Below the pieces are notes generated by a model that saw only the letters and a program-made list of their open reading frames with translations, was not told the DNA's origin and did no database searches. From contig OZ024751.1 in the NCBI GenBank assembly GCA_964016885.1, positions 3,720,001 to 3,784,000 of the forward strand: a stretch of DNA of 64,000 nucleotides, in the 5' to 3' direction. Positions 47,008-59,811 of the stretch are shown here, piece after piece. This stretch comes from Eledone cirrhosa. Lineage: Eukaryota. Both the position numbers and the translations under genes were made by a program. The first letter of the stretch is position 1; every line of letters begins with the position of its first letter.

Positions 47008-49301
47008 GGCGACCTACGTAGTAAATCGTATTATCGTGAGCTCCGCAAAGGTTTGTTATTTTCAGTTGTTTAAAATTGCCATTTATGGAAAATGTTTATT
47101 GTTAACTGTATATAAGTGCACATACATTGTTATCTGAAAAGGACACTCAAAAAGATTGGGGCCTTGATCCCAAAATTTAAACTTTTATAATTATCAAACA
47201 AAAAAAATTTCTTTGAAAAGATCATGGACGACTCAGGGTCACACCTTCTTCACAAACTAACACCTCACACCGACACCACCATTGTAAATATTACTACGTT
47301 TGCCAACGCTAAAAATATAAGCAGTAGCAATATTTTAAATTTGTCTCATGCAGACATTCATTTCCCGCCATTACCAATGACTGCAGGTGTTGAAGCCGCC
47401 ACCCCCACCACCACCACAGCGACAACAGAAACAAAAGAAAGAAAGAAATTATCTCGTGACATCGAAATGGATTCACCCAAAATGAACTCTTCCACACCGA
47501 ACACCACTGACGCCACCACAACTGAAACTAAAATTAACAATAACAAAAATAACGATAACAACAACAGCAACAATGAAATTAAGAAAACCACCCTGTCTTT
47601 TGCTAGAGTAGCAAAAAAGTGCGAAGCATTCCAGGTAACTCAGGAGGAATTAGAAGAAGCCAAAAAAATGGTAAAGAAAGATGGGTACAGGGTCAGCCTC
47701 ACCCACCTAATAAAATGGAGCATCGGCGCCTATTCACCGTGTCTTATCGGACGATTAACATAAAATCGCGCCGAGTGGAACGGGCATCCGAGTCCCAAAT
47801 CCAAAAAGCTTTGAGACATGTGTGGGCAAAAAAAACCACATCAGACGTGGGCAGAAATATGGAACCGTGGACGTGTTCTTTGAAACACCACAGGAAGCCA
47901 GAGAAAACTCCATGGCCCCATTAAGAAGTGACGACTTCACACTCGTCCCAAGCTATTGTGGCCAGAGACTCGTGAAGATCAGGGTGACCCACATTCCACC
48001 GGCCATCGAAATTCCCTGGCTAATGGCTGCCGTCCTCGCCGGCATCGAGGCCAACACCAAGATAATTGAAATAGCGAAAGAAAAGCAGGAGAACTGGTCC
48101 GGATCTGGGATGGAGCTCCTGATCCAAGCGGACCTAAAAATCATTGAGAAGATCCCAGAGGTAATAGACCTCACTGACGGCAGCCACCTCACCGTAATCG
48201 TCGAGGGCAGAAGGCCTAGGTGTGTCGTTTGTGGTGAAGGAACCCACCTAAGGGCTTTCTGCCCTCAGGCTAAAAGGTTGAGGCCACCTCTCTTACCCAC
48301 CCTAGTGACTCAACCATGAACATCACCAGCAGCAGAAATGGCAGCAACAACTGTAGCAGCAACAACAGAAGCAATTGTAACAGCAACAACCCCAGCAACA
48401 GTAGCAAAACCAACACCACCAGCACCCAACGCGCCAGAACTAGCACCAGCGCCTACACCATCCACCACGCCACAACCAAAACCAACGCCTGTGGAGGATT
48501 TTCCACTCCCCGACCTATCGCAACTGGAGACAGATTGTGACGACGGGGAGTGGGAAACGGTATCGGTAAAAAAGAAAAAAGAAAAAAGAAAAAAGAAACC
48601 AAAAAAGAAAAAATCCTCTTCCTTCCCCCTCCAAAAACAAAATACAGAGGGAAACAAATAAACTATCAAACAAAAAGGTTAGGACAGATATGCCACCATC
48701 CACACCAGCATCACAAACCCCATCACCACAAACACCAACACCATCACCATCATTAACCCCAACACCACCATCACCAACACCACAAAAGTCACCAAAAAGC
48801 GAAACAGAAACAAACCCAAAACAAGCGCAAACAAAACAACCAAAACGATACACACTACACAGCATTAAATTTGAACAACAACCAATTATTACACTATATC
48901 CAACACAACACCAGCATCACAGAAAAAGACTACACAACAACCCAAAAGTTCACACCACCTCCACACATACAAATCACTCGCATCACACAGAAAAGGTACA
49001 CGACACTAAAACACAAATTCTCCAAAGACATCGGAGACTTCCGACAAGCACTCTCCAGGAGGATTTATAAGGACATCCTTCCGGAGGAGGCCACAAGCAG
49101 TGAAAAGGATGGAGAAACCATCCTTCCTCTACGAGAAGTAAGGTAAGTGGTCTTTCCCATCTTTTCCACTCCATTTCAACATGACCTCACTCAGAATAGG
49201 CAGCATAAATGCGAGTGGCATGGAAGATGGGCCACCTGCTCAAAGACCTCAGGTCACTAAACATAGATGTAGTGGCCATCAGCGAGACCAGAATCTCCGA
49301 A
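47008..49301 (+). mobile_element. Tx1 LINE copy C: 5' UTR, ORF1 and first ~40 codons of ORF2
   Basis: RVERASESQIQKAL, EGRRPRCVVCGEGTHLRAFC, KFSKDIGDFRQAL; ORF2 MTSLRIGSINASG..VAISETR; starts right after (ATT)n. Confidence 0.88.
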
Positions 49302-52300
49302 GCCTTTTTGCCCAAATATTTGAACTTTTTATATTTAAAAAAATTATCAAAAAAAAACATGGCTGAGCCACGCCCCCAGCGATATGTCTACTTTCGTGTG
49401 ACAACGGCGTAAATGTTGAGAGGATGGTTACGGCGAACACAGAAATTGACACAACAAACACCACCACAAACAACGTGAAGAAAGACAGCAATGACAACAA
49501 CACTGTGAACACTAACTTTTAAAAAATGACCACACCAACTACAACAGTAACAGTGACAACCAAAATACAGACAACAGAAATAACGACAACAAATGCAACA
49601 ACGAAATTAACACCACTAACAAGAAAATAAATAGCGACAACACCAACAACAACAATACAAACTGCACCGAGAACAACAACAACGGCGGCACCAAAAACAT
49701 AATCAACTGCAACAACACCAACAAGCAAGAACAACGACAACAGCAATGACAACACCAACAACAAGAACGACGACTACACCAACAACAATATAGTCAACGA
49801 AAAACAGCAAAACAGCAACAAGAACGATAACAAAAAGAATACTTTCGCGGTCACAGTAGCCAAGAGCCAAACGCTGTACGATTTCGATCTTACGGAGAAA
49901 AAAGAACGTTTGGCCCAACCTGAAAAATTTATAACAAGAGAAAAAGGCTGGGCCAATTTAAAGGTCCCGGCAGAGGTGATGGCAGCGAAGGAGAGGAGAC
50001 TTTGAAATATCGATGTATTTCAGTGAAATCTCGAAAAGTCGAGAATGCCTCCGAAGGGCAGGTAGAGGGAGCACTGAAATGCATCGATAACGACAAAATA
50101 GACCATATAACAAGGACCAAACAGTTGGGGAGGATCTTGGTGCTATTCAAAACTGAGGCCCTTGTTATAAAGCATTATGTGTTACGGGGTCGATAAAATA
50201 AAGTACCAGTAATGAACTGGTGATTGCTGGCCTTGTGCCTAAAGTAGAAACAATTATGTGGTCCCCTGCAAAACAGACCAAATCATTTTGTACCCATCCT
50301 ACATAGGAAGGAGAATAGTAAGGGTCCGTGTTCCCAGGATTCCGCCATGACTGGATTTATGGTGGCTCCTGGGATGCATGGTGGTGGAGGGCCCAGACAC
50401 CCTCCTTGACGTTAAATTTACAAAGAGAGAAAGAGAGGTGGTCCGGGACTGGTTTGGAGATTGTTCTCCAAATCAGACAGGAAGACATAAAACTACCGGA
50501 TGGGTACGAAATCCAGTTAGTCACGGAGGGCGAAAGGCCGCATTATTTCGTGTATGGTGAAGCCACACACCTGAGAGCCTTTTGCCTCCAATTGCAGGGG
50601 GATGCATACCTCTGTTGCTGCCAATACCGGTGTCGGTAGGAGGGACAACACCAGCAAAAAACAGAAAATGAAACAACACTATTAAGAACAATTAAATCCA
50701 CCCAGGATGTCGTTCAACCAAGCTCTCCCTCCCCCTCTTTCAAACACAAACACAAAGGGCAAAACAATACACATACCCGTAAACACACTCCCACTCCCCT
50801 CTGACATAAAGTCCTCAAACACCAGTTCCTCCATTTCTCTGAGTGAAGATGAGGGGGAACCCCAAAATCCTAAAAAGCAAAAAAGAAAAAGAAAAATACA
50901 GCTCCACACACATCAACAAGCACACAAAACACACCCACAACAACACTAAATCCACAAGCGTCAACACCGACACAAGTGCAAGTCATCCAAAACAAAAGAA
51001 AACACACGCAAACACCAACAACAACAGACACGCCAAACTTCATGTTATTAAGGAGGGCCAATAAACAACTAATGGCCTTTGTGACACGAAGTAAAGACAT
51101 TGAGAAATAGGGAGAGAGTTTTGGCACCTGCACCCTCAAAGTGGCCCAAATACTGAGATTGGTGCGGATGCCAATACAAACTTACAAAGATATTAAGGAG
51201 AGCTTTCCCGACGACGTGGGAACCCCTCATGTAAGAGCCACAAGCAAAGGGATTCCCAATGGAAACCCGACCAATCATATAGGTCAAACATCCCGACCTC
51301 CACCAATCTCCGGGAGGTAAGAAAACCTTTCCTCTCTCCTTTAGCCTATCAACATGGCCATATTAAGAGTAGGATGTCTAAATGTGCGAGACCTGGGGTC
51401 ATCCTTGAAGCAGGGGCAGTGCCGGGAATGGGTGGCAGTGATGTTTAAGAAAGACCTGGATCTCGAGGTAAGGTCTATCTTCCGGGACCCGGACGGTAAG
51501 TTGTTGTTCCTGAACGTGAATAATAGCGAAGGTGGTGCCTTTAGACTGGTGGCCGTCTACACACCTACCGGGGCAGGACGGCCAGACTTCTTTAGACGCC
51601 TGGAAGCCTTTCTGGGTACGTTTCGCCCTTTACTGTTAGCGAGGGACTGGAACGGCATCTTAGACGCACGCTGGGATGGTGTGGAATTAGCCGATAGGAG
51701 CGCGGGTGGGGAACAAAAGCCTCAAGTACCTGATCAGCCAGTTCCAATTGTCTGACAAGTACCGACTAGATTTCCCTAATGCGACAGTGTGGACCTGGAC
51801 AAACCATTTAGGGACATATAGATCGTACTTAGATAGGTTTCTAATTAGTGGATAAGGATAGTATAGGGAGTTCACAATTACATACGGTCGCCTATTTAGA
51901 CCACAAGTTTCTGATCTGTAAGGTCGATCCAGATAAGACGCGTAGGTTACGACATGGTCATTGGAAGCTGAAAATGTCGTCTCCGGCTCGTAATGCTTAC
52001 AGGGACCGGGTCAACAATTTAGTTAAGTAAGAGTTGACAGAGGGAGTCATCAACAACAGATCGTGGCGGGTTCTCAAAAAAGAGTAATGTCGACAGGATT
52101 AAGCAAAGAAGTAGCGTTAGAGAAAAATAGAGAGGAGGGGAAGCTGGTATATAAGTCAGATGAGGCTATTTGTAGTGGCATTGCAACTGAGTTGCTAGCG
52201 GCGAGAATAACATTTGACCATTTCTTCAATGCGAAACACGAAGGTTGCATTGTCAGAGCTAAGGCGCGTGCTCTGAGTAACGAGGGAACCAAAGCTGTTC

Positions 52301-55300
52301 GATGGGCCCGCGTGGCAGAGGCGCAGCGTATTGATAAAACCACAATTCGGTCATTGACGGACCGAGAAGGACACGAGCTGAACAATTCCAGGCGGATTGT
52401 GAGACCTTTCACCAGCATTTTGCTCGGTTCGGGGGAAGTGGCGGGTCAGAGACGGTGGCAGATTTCAGTCCCTACTTCGATAGCTTGCCGCAACTCTCGA
52501 CGGCCGATGCTGAGCGCTGCGAAGGGCCGATAACTTCAGCCGAAATTCAGGATGCCCTTGTCGACTGCACGAGGCGCAAGTCACCCGGTTTGGATGGTCT
52601 GCCCTACGAGCTTTACGTAAATATGCCACACTTGTTCTCCGATCTCCACGAAGCGTTCTAATACAACTGGCAGCAGAACGGGAGTATTTCCAGTTATGTG
52701 AGTCGGGACGTAGTGAGGCTGATAAGTAAAGACGAGAAAAAGAGGGACACATTAGATAATTTCCAGCCCATAACTCTGCTCAACACAGAGTTTAAGATTT
52801 TGGCCAAGGTGTTAGCGAAGAGGTTGGCGCTTGTCGTCGATTATTTGGTTGGAAAGGCGCAAAGTAGCGCGATCCCAACCAGGTCCATACACGAAAATCT
52901 CCACCTCATGCGATGCATCAATGAGAGAGTAGGGTGTAAACCTGGCTTCGGTGGGGCTTTGATCAATTTAGATCAATCGAAAGCATTCGATAGGGTCGAC
53001 CATCGGTAGCTGGAGGCTGTCCTCAAGACAGCTGGCTTCGGCCCTGACTTCAGAACTGGATCGCTGCAATGCACAGCAGCAGCTGCTCGGTGGTCAAAGT
53101 TAATGGCCACTTCTCGGAACCGTTTCAGATCTCCCGATCGGTCCGTCAAGGTTGCCCTCTCTCTTCCCTTCTGTACGTATTGACTCTCGAGCCTTTACTG
53201 CGGAAGCTGGAGCTGTTGCAGGGCATCACGCTCGAACTGAGATGCGGAAAGACTATGTCGGCTTATGCGGACGATATCATCGTGATGGTGTCAGAAACCT
53301 CGATAATCGATGTGGTCGGCAACTTATTGGAGGAATATGAAAGGTTGACGGGAGCGAAACTAAACCCGGAAAAGTCGGTGGTCTTGCAACTCGGCACCTG
53401 GAATGGCAAGTCCATGCCGTCCAACGGTGTCGTTGGGCATTGGACGGACGGACCGGTAAAGTTGCCCGGGGTTTGGTTCGGGCCTGACCTACAGGTAGAT
53501 AAGAATTGGGGCGAGGTGACGGGCAGGGTAGCCAGTCTCACCCAGAAATGGGCTGCGAGGAAGCTATCACTGAAAGGTCGAGCGGAGGTGGCGAACGCGT
53601 ACATCGCATCCGTCATCTACTACTGCCTGACCGTCGTCCCTTGCCCCCGTCCGTGCCTCGCCAACTTGGAACGGCTCCTCTTTAAATTCTTGTAGATGGG
53701 GACAGGTACCGTTGGTGAGGCGTTCCATCTGTTGCCAGCACCCTCTACTTTAGGCGGGGTGTGTTCGTCAGTCATCCCGTCTAATTGGTTATTATTTACT
53801 GGCACGTAGTCAACAAGGAAGAAAGAACATACCTCAATTTTATGTCATAAAAACATTTTTTATATAGGAGCAATTACAGAATATATACAAATACATTAGT
53901 GTTCCTAGGTTGGGATATATTTAAGTCGTCATATACTGCCGCATGGTGTGATGTCATCCTTTGGATCACTGCATTATTATAGCACTTCTATTGTCTCCAA
54001 GCTCTCATTGTCCAAGTGTCCTTGTCTCAGCTACTGACGTCAGAACGTGACGTCAGAACTAAGGGCAGTTAATCGACTGTCTTCACCGACGACGCTAGAT
54101 GGCGTGATCTTCTACATGGTCTCCCGCCAGATTTTTAGAAAATTAAATAAAAATCGGTTCATCGAATCATGTATGTAGAAAAACCGATTAGCAACCAGCA
54201 AAAATTCCAAACCAAGGAGCAATCAGCCCAACCGAGCATGAAGGGTACAACAAATTTCAAAAATACATATTTAAAAAGCATGCAAGAACGTGAAAGGAAA
54301 AAAATATATAATAAAATGTAAATACAATTTCCTAAAAGTTCCAAAAGTCACTACAGGATTAAAGCACCGCACAATAGCAGTTTAAAAATCTACCGTGCTA
54401 CACAGTTTTTTGGGCCAATGAACCCTCCGACCGGGACGGGTCGTAGTCTTATATCTTGGTGATGGGGGGGGGCAAAGAAACAGGTGTGTGTGCAAAAGAG
54501 AAAGATGGAGGTGTATGTGGCTCAGGTGTGTGAGCATCTGTGTCCAAATGTGCTCGTTTGAGTCTATCAATCGAAACCGTCTCTCTGGAACCCTTAATGT
54601 CTACAGTGAAATGTTTCTCGGAACGAGCTAATACACGGTAGGGTCCAGAGTATGGTTGTGTGAGAGGTGGAGGGCTTGGCATGCCGTGGCTAATGATGCG
54701 CAGACATTCCCTGAGGCTGCGTCACCTCCAAATATTCTGCCTCAACGGTGAACAGGTGTGGTCGCCGTTTCTCAGACGGGCCATTCCGCAGCGCGCTCAT
54801 TGACTGAGCTGCAGTCCTGGTTCAACAAGAGGCCGAGACTGGGGAGTGGCATCTGGAATGTTGCCAGGCACTCACTGCCCTATACCAGACGGGAAAAACG
54901 GTCAGTGGAACTTCCATTCTCGAGTTCTATAGAGGATTAGTGGTGGGAAGTGCAACGACGCACTCGAAAAGGCTCTGGGCGTCGACGAAGTCGAACTAAC
55001 CAGTCTGTTTCGGAGGACTTTCGAGTCGGGGGATGGATAACTTGGAAAAAGTTCTCGCTTTCCAGTGCTACCGGGGGCACTGCCGGTTCGAGATAAACTC
55101 TACAGGCACGGAAGTGCTGCAGACGGACCTGCCCGAGATGCGCGCAGAACGACGAAACCATTCTGCCCTCACTCGACCAGTTTCCGTGCATTACTGACTT
55201 GTGGAGTTATGTCGAACAGCTGTTGTCGCGCGTAGATCGGATGGGGCTATCTGCCGAGTCCATAGTGAAGATCGACCCTTTTGGCCAGGAAGGGCAGGCA

Positions 55301-55704
55301 ATTTTCCTTTGTCTGGTGACAGTAGCGAAAGAGGTTGTATGGTAGACCAGGTTGAAAGGACTGAAGACAGACACTTTTATTTTTGGCCAATCCCTCATCA
55401 ACTTTAACTTGGAAAGGAAGGTGAGGGTGGCGAGAGAAGTGCTGTCCCCCAGTACAGTTGCTGAAAGGTGGGTGAATATGGCGAGAATGGCCCGTGTTAG
55501 TGGGCCTACTCTGATCATGCGCCTGTAGGTTGGTGAATTTGAGGAGAGGGGTGCCCTTCTGGGATGCTCTCGAAGAGTCGGGTGGTTCAGGATTGGTGGG
55601 GTGCCTGAGTCAGCCCTGGGTGGTTGTCCCCCCTATTGGGAATTTTTCATTGTTGTATTTTTCTTGTTATTTTGTTATTGTTATTTCTATTTTTAGACGT
55701 TTTA
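49302..55704 (+). mobile_element. Tx1 LINE copy D, near full length, degenerate, interrupted by a SINE (50181-50257) and a Gypsy fragment
   Basis: ORF1 remnants (EGERPH..THLRAFC); ORF2 51354-55528 with GCLNVRDL, AVYTP, KSPGLDGLPYE, LDQSKAFDRVDH, VRQGCPLS, AYADD. Confidence 0.9.
53749..54667 (-). mobile_element. Gypsy LTR-retrotransposon fragment: integrase GPY/F tail plus probable 3' LTR (53760-54400)
   Basis: LTQPYSGPYRVLARSEKHFTVDIKGSRETVSIDRLKRAH, TRPGRRVHWP, then TGTAGC...ACA. Confidence 0.75.
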
Positions 55705-56360
55705 TATGGCCCTTGCGACTGCCATCTCCTCCTCCGTGACTAACACTGTTTCTATATTTCGGGCCACACCTGCGAAAGAAGTGGCCCCCTTTTCATTGGC
55801 ATCATTGTTGCTGCCGCTACTGCTGTTACTGGTCTTGTTATTGTTGGTGCTGTTGCTGTTGCTACTGCTACAAACGGTGTTGTTGGTGTTGTTGATGTTT
55901 TCACTGTTGTAGTTGGTTGTGTTTTTGGTGCCACCGTTGTTGTTGTTCTCGGTGCAATTTGTATTGTTGCTGTTGGTGTTGTCGTTGTTTACTTTCTTGT
56001 TAGTGATGTTAATATCGTTGTTGCATTTGTTGTCATTTTTTCTGTTGTCTGTATTTTGGTTGTCGCTGTTACTGTTGTGGTAATTTTTTTTTAATTAGTG
56101 TTCTCAGTGTTGTTGTCATTGCTGTCTTTGTTCACGTTGTTTGTGGTGGTGTTTGTTGTGTCAATTTCTGTGTTCGCCGTAAACCTCCTCTCCACTGTTA
56201 CGCCGTTGTCACACGACAGCAGACATATCGCTGGGAGGCGTGGCTCCGCCATGTTTGTTTGTTTTTTTTCGAAAAAAATTATATTATTTTTAGACAAAGT
56301 TCAAATATTTGGTCCAAATATTATACTTTCCCCTTCGCAGGGCAAAGTCCAAGGGCTTAT
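55705..56360 (-). mobile_element. Inverted Tx1 5' UTR/ORF1 fragment (family of copy B)
   Basis: Reverse complement of 34407-35030. Confidence 0.88.
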
Positions 56361-58571
56361 GTCTGTTTCAAAAATGTGCAATAAATTGCACTGGTCTGCG
56401 ATGTTTTCAAGGTCTAACATGATTTTAGGCCAGTCTTTTGCACTGATCCAAACATCATGCTCATTTTACTCAATCAGATCAAGTTAATGAAATATTAGCA
56501 CATTAAAAATATCCTAAATTCCGATCTATTTGTAGGTGAATAAAACGCAATATTGAAAATATTAGACTGATTTATTCACAGAAGGCTTACAAAATATTTT
56601 GAATAGATAGCAAGAAGAGTATAATGAACTAAGGAAGCTACTCATGGATGAATGGTCTCTTCAGGGACTTCCGTTTGTGCTGAGCAGACTGCGCATCCCT
56701 CTTTAGGCACCAGCAGTAGTCGGCCAGAAAGTTGACATCCCATCGGCCTTGATAGCGTTCCTCCATAACACTGATATCTTGGTGAAAGCGCTCACCATGT
56801 TCTTCACTGAAGTCTCCACAATTCTCTGGAAAATAGTCCAGATGAGACCGGAGGAAGTGCATTTTCACTGACACGCGCGCACCAAGTTGGCGGAAATTCT
56901 CCATTAACTCATCAACCACCTTCTGATACTGGGAACTTCTGTGGTTGCCAAGGAAGTTTGCAATGACTGACTTAAGGGACAACCAGGCAGAGAGTTCAGC
57001 AGGATTCAGTGCATCATCAAAACTAGTATCCTTGATGAGTTCCCTTATTTGAGGACCATCAAATATACCTGCCTTAATTTTCTCCATGCTATTTCGTTGA
57101 AACTTCTGATGGAGGAAAGCAAATCCTCCACCTTCCCTGTCCAATGCCTTTACAAAGTTCTTCATGAGACCGAGTTTGATGTGGAAGGTTGGAAGCAATA
57201 TCTTGCTCGGTTCAACCAGAGGGTGGGACAAAACGTTGTGTGATCCAGGTTTTAATCCTTGTCTTAATGGCTACTCTTGTCTGACATAATACTGGTCATC
57301 AGCACGGCTATCCCATAAGCACAGAAAGCATGGATACTTTGTGTAACCACCTTGAAGTCCTAGGATGAGTCCAACAACTTTAAGATCTCCACAGATCAAC
57401 CATTTATGTTTCTGGTAGTTGAGAGCAGACAACAGACGTTCCATGCTTTTGTGGGATTCTTTCATTTCAACTGAGTGCCCAACAGGGATCGATGAAAAGT
57501 TGTTTCCAATATTCAGAAGAACTGCTTTGAGACTTCTGTTAGATGAGTCAATGAAAAGTCTCCATTCCATAGCATCATACTTCAGACCAAGTAATTCAAT
57601 CAGGTCAGCAATTTTGCTACAGTAGACCAGTGAAGATGCTTCATCAAACATGAAGAATTTTCTAAATTCTCTCTCGCGGTCCCGATACCAATAGAATGTT
57701 GTTCCTGGCGCCAGTAGACGTTTCTCTCGAAGACGAGAACCCAGTAGCTGGGCAGACTCCTTCGAAAGGTTCAGGTCTCGTGTCAGGTCATTGAGTTCGG
57801 CTTGGGTTAAAGGCACCGGTTGGTCATCCTCTTCTGACCTGTATTCATCACACTTAGCTGTATCAATCATGTCACTAGATTCGGAATCAGAACTAGATTC
57901 CATGGTGACATTTGGCTCAGGAACAGGAAGATGGGGGCCGTGGGGGACTGGCTTTATGGCAGAAGGAACATCAGGGTATTGAACATGGTGCTTGTTATTG
58001 CGATTGATGCCTTTTAGATTTGTCATGCAAAAGTAGCAGTCGGTAACGTGATCTTTCCCTTCCCTCCACACCATTGGGACACCAAATGGCATACTCTTCC
58101 TTTTGTTGTTCCTCCAATCCCCTAAGTTCTCTACACATGTTTTGCAGCAGATATGGGGAGCGAATAGCTTATCCTGGTCCCCTAGTTTGACTCCAAAGTA
58201 AGCGTGATATGCCTTCTTCACAAAATCCGTGATTTTTGCTTGACGGTCTGGAAGAACCACATGTCCGCAGATGTAACAGAACCTATTAGGATGGTTTTTA
58301 CACTTCCGATCCATTTTTCTAGACCTTAAAAGAGAAATAAAAATAATTATTAAAGGTTACCCACGACCCGGTTTTGCAAAAGCAAAGCCCATAACCGCTT
58401 GGATTGCGATATTTTATAAAAATATGCTGGAAAAGAAATAGACTATATCTTAGAAACCAGACCTGACCCAGAAAAATAAACTGTATTTTTGAATTCAGCA
58501 TGCAAAAAGGGTCCTAAATCATTTGGAAAACCCTTGACCTTTTTAAAAAAGTTTTGAAACGTAGACCAGTG
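56361..58571 (-). mobile_element. Chapaev3-like (CMC superfamily) DNA transposon
   Basis: Right end ..TTTTGAAACGTAGACCAGTG|TTA (CAC terminus); left side GTTTCAAAA..CACTGGTCTGCG; transposase inside. Confidence 0.8.
56638..58314 (-). pseudogene. Chapaev3-like transposase, ~558 codons with one in-frame TAG at 57271-57273
   Basis: CKNHPNRFCYICG, GDQDK..APHICCKTC, DHVTDCYFC, WRLFIDSS, ICGDLKVV, YPCFLCLWD, HIKLGLMK, KMHFLRSH, EEHGERFHQD; the two ORFs are in the same frame. Confidence 0.88.
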
Positions 58572-58658
58572 TTATTTATGAAAGGTAAATAAAGAGCCTT
58601 ACGTGAGCGAGCAAAACGACATCCGATCACACCAATAACCAATAATAATAATAATAAT

Positions 58659-58850
58659 AATTGTTTCTACAATAGGCACAAGGCCAGCAATTATGCCAGT
58701 GTATTACTGGTACTTTATTTTATTGACCCCCGTTAGGATGAAAGGCAAAGTTAACCTCGACGGGATTTGAACTCGGAATGGCAAGGGCCGTAACTCTATG
58801 CGTTAAAGCATGGCGTCCGACCCTCTACCGATACTGCCAATTAACCGCCC
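58659..58850 (-). mobile_element. SINE, full length, embedded in (AAT)n on both sides
   Basis: A/B boxes, core, tail. Confidence 0.92.
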
Positions 58851-58907
<57 letters not shown>

Positions 58908-59811
58908 GGAAGATGGAAGTAGACGCACGTGGAGTGTTATGGAATCGCTCCCGTAAGTTTTTTGATTTTTAACATATTTAAAACAATTGTGATATAACAA
59001 TTCTTAGTACAAATTGGACATAAGGCACCAGGCTTAGTTCTCAGGAAATGAAGACCCATAATATCCTGTTATATCGCTCAAATATTCAATTTTGTATTAT
59101 AAATGTTATATTCAAAAAAGAAAATGGTTATAAATGGAAGAACACCCCCTCTGTCTACACTATATAGAACAGCCAAATAACAGCAATTTCACCATCAGCA
59201 CAACCTAGATGCGCCACCTATCCCACCACCCCTCTGTGTACACTAAATACAACAGCCAGATAACGGCAATTTCACCACCACCACCACCACCAATCCCAGC
59301 ATAATAATAATAATTACTATTATTGTATCTCAAGTTTTCTCAAAATGTTTAAGTCAAATATTAAGGAAATATGTCAACATATATATTAAAGATACGCGAC
59401 AAACCGCATAGATATACAGATCAAACAAACGCATACTAGCTACAGTCTATTCAACAGAACTCAGTAGCGACAACGCCATCACTACAGTCACCGTCGCCAG
59501 CACTCCATCATTGCTACCACACTACCTTCTGTTAACTTAAGAAAGGGGAAGGTGGCGGTATCACTAGACAAGGGAGAGGCTAGCAAAAGATATAAATAGA
59601 CTGACTTAGTGACCCTATCAAACGTCAACGACTATGGCACTGCTGGCTCCCCCCTTCCCCACCAACAATAGAAAAAGCCCCAGCACCACCACCGACATAG
59701 CCAACAACAACAGCAGGCTACTTCAAAAAAAGTATATTATATTATATTATTAATAATTCCATTCTTAAGCCACGCAGTGCTCACATTAAGGAACCACTCA
59801 TGATAATAATT

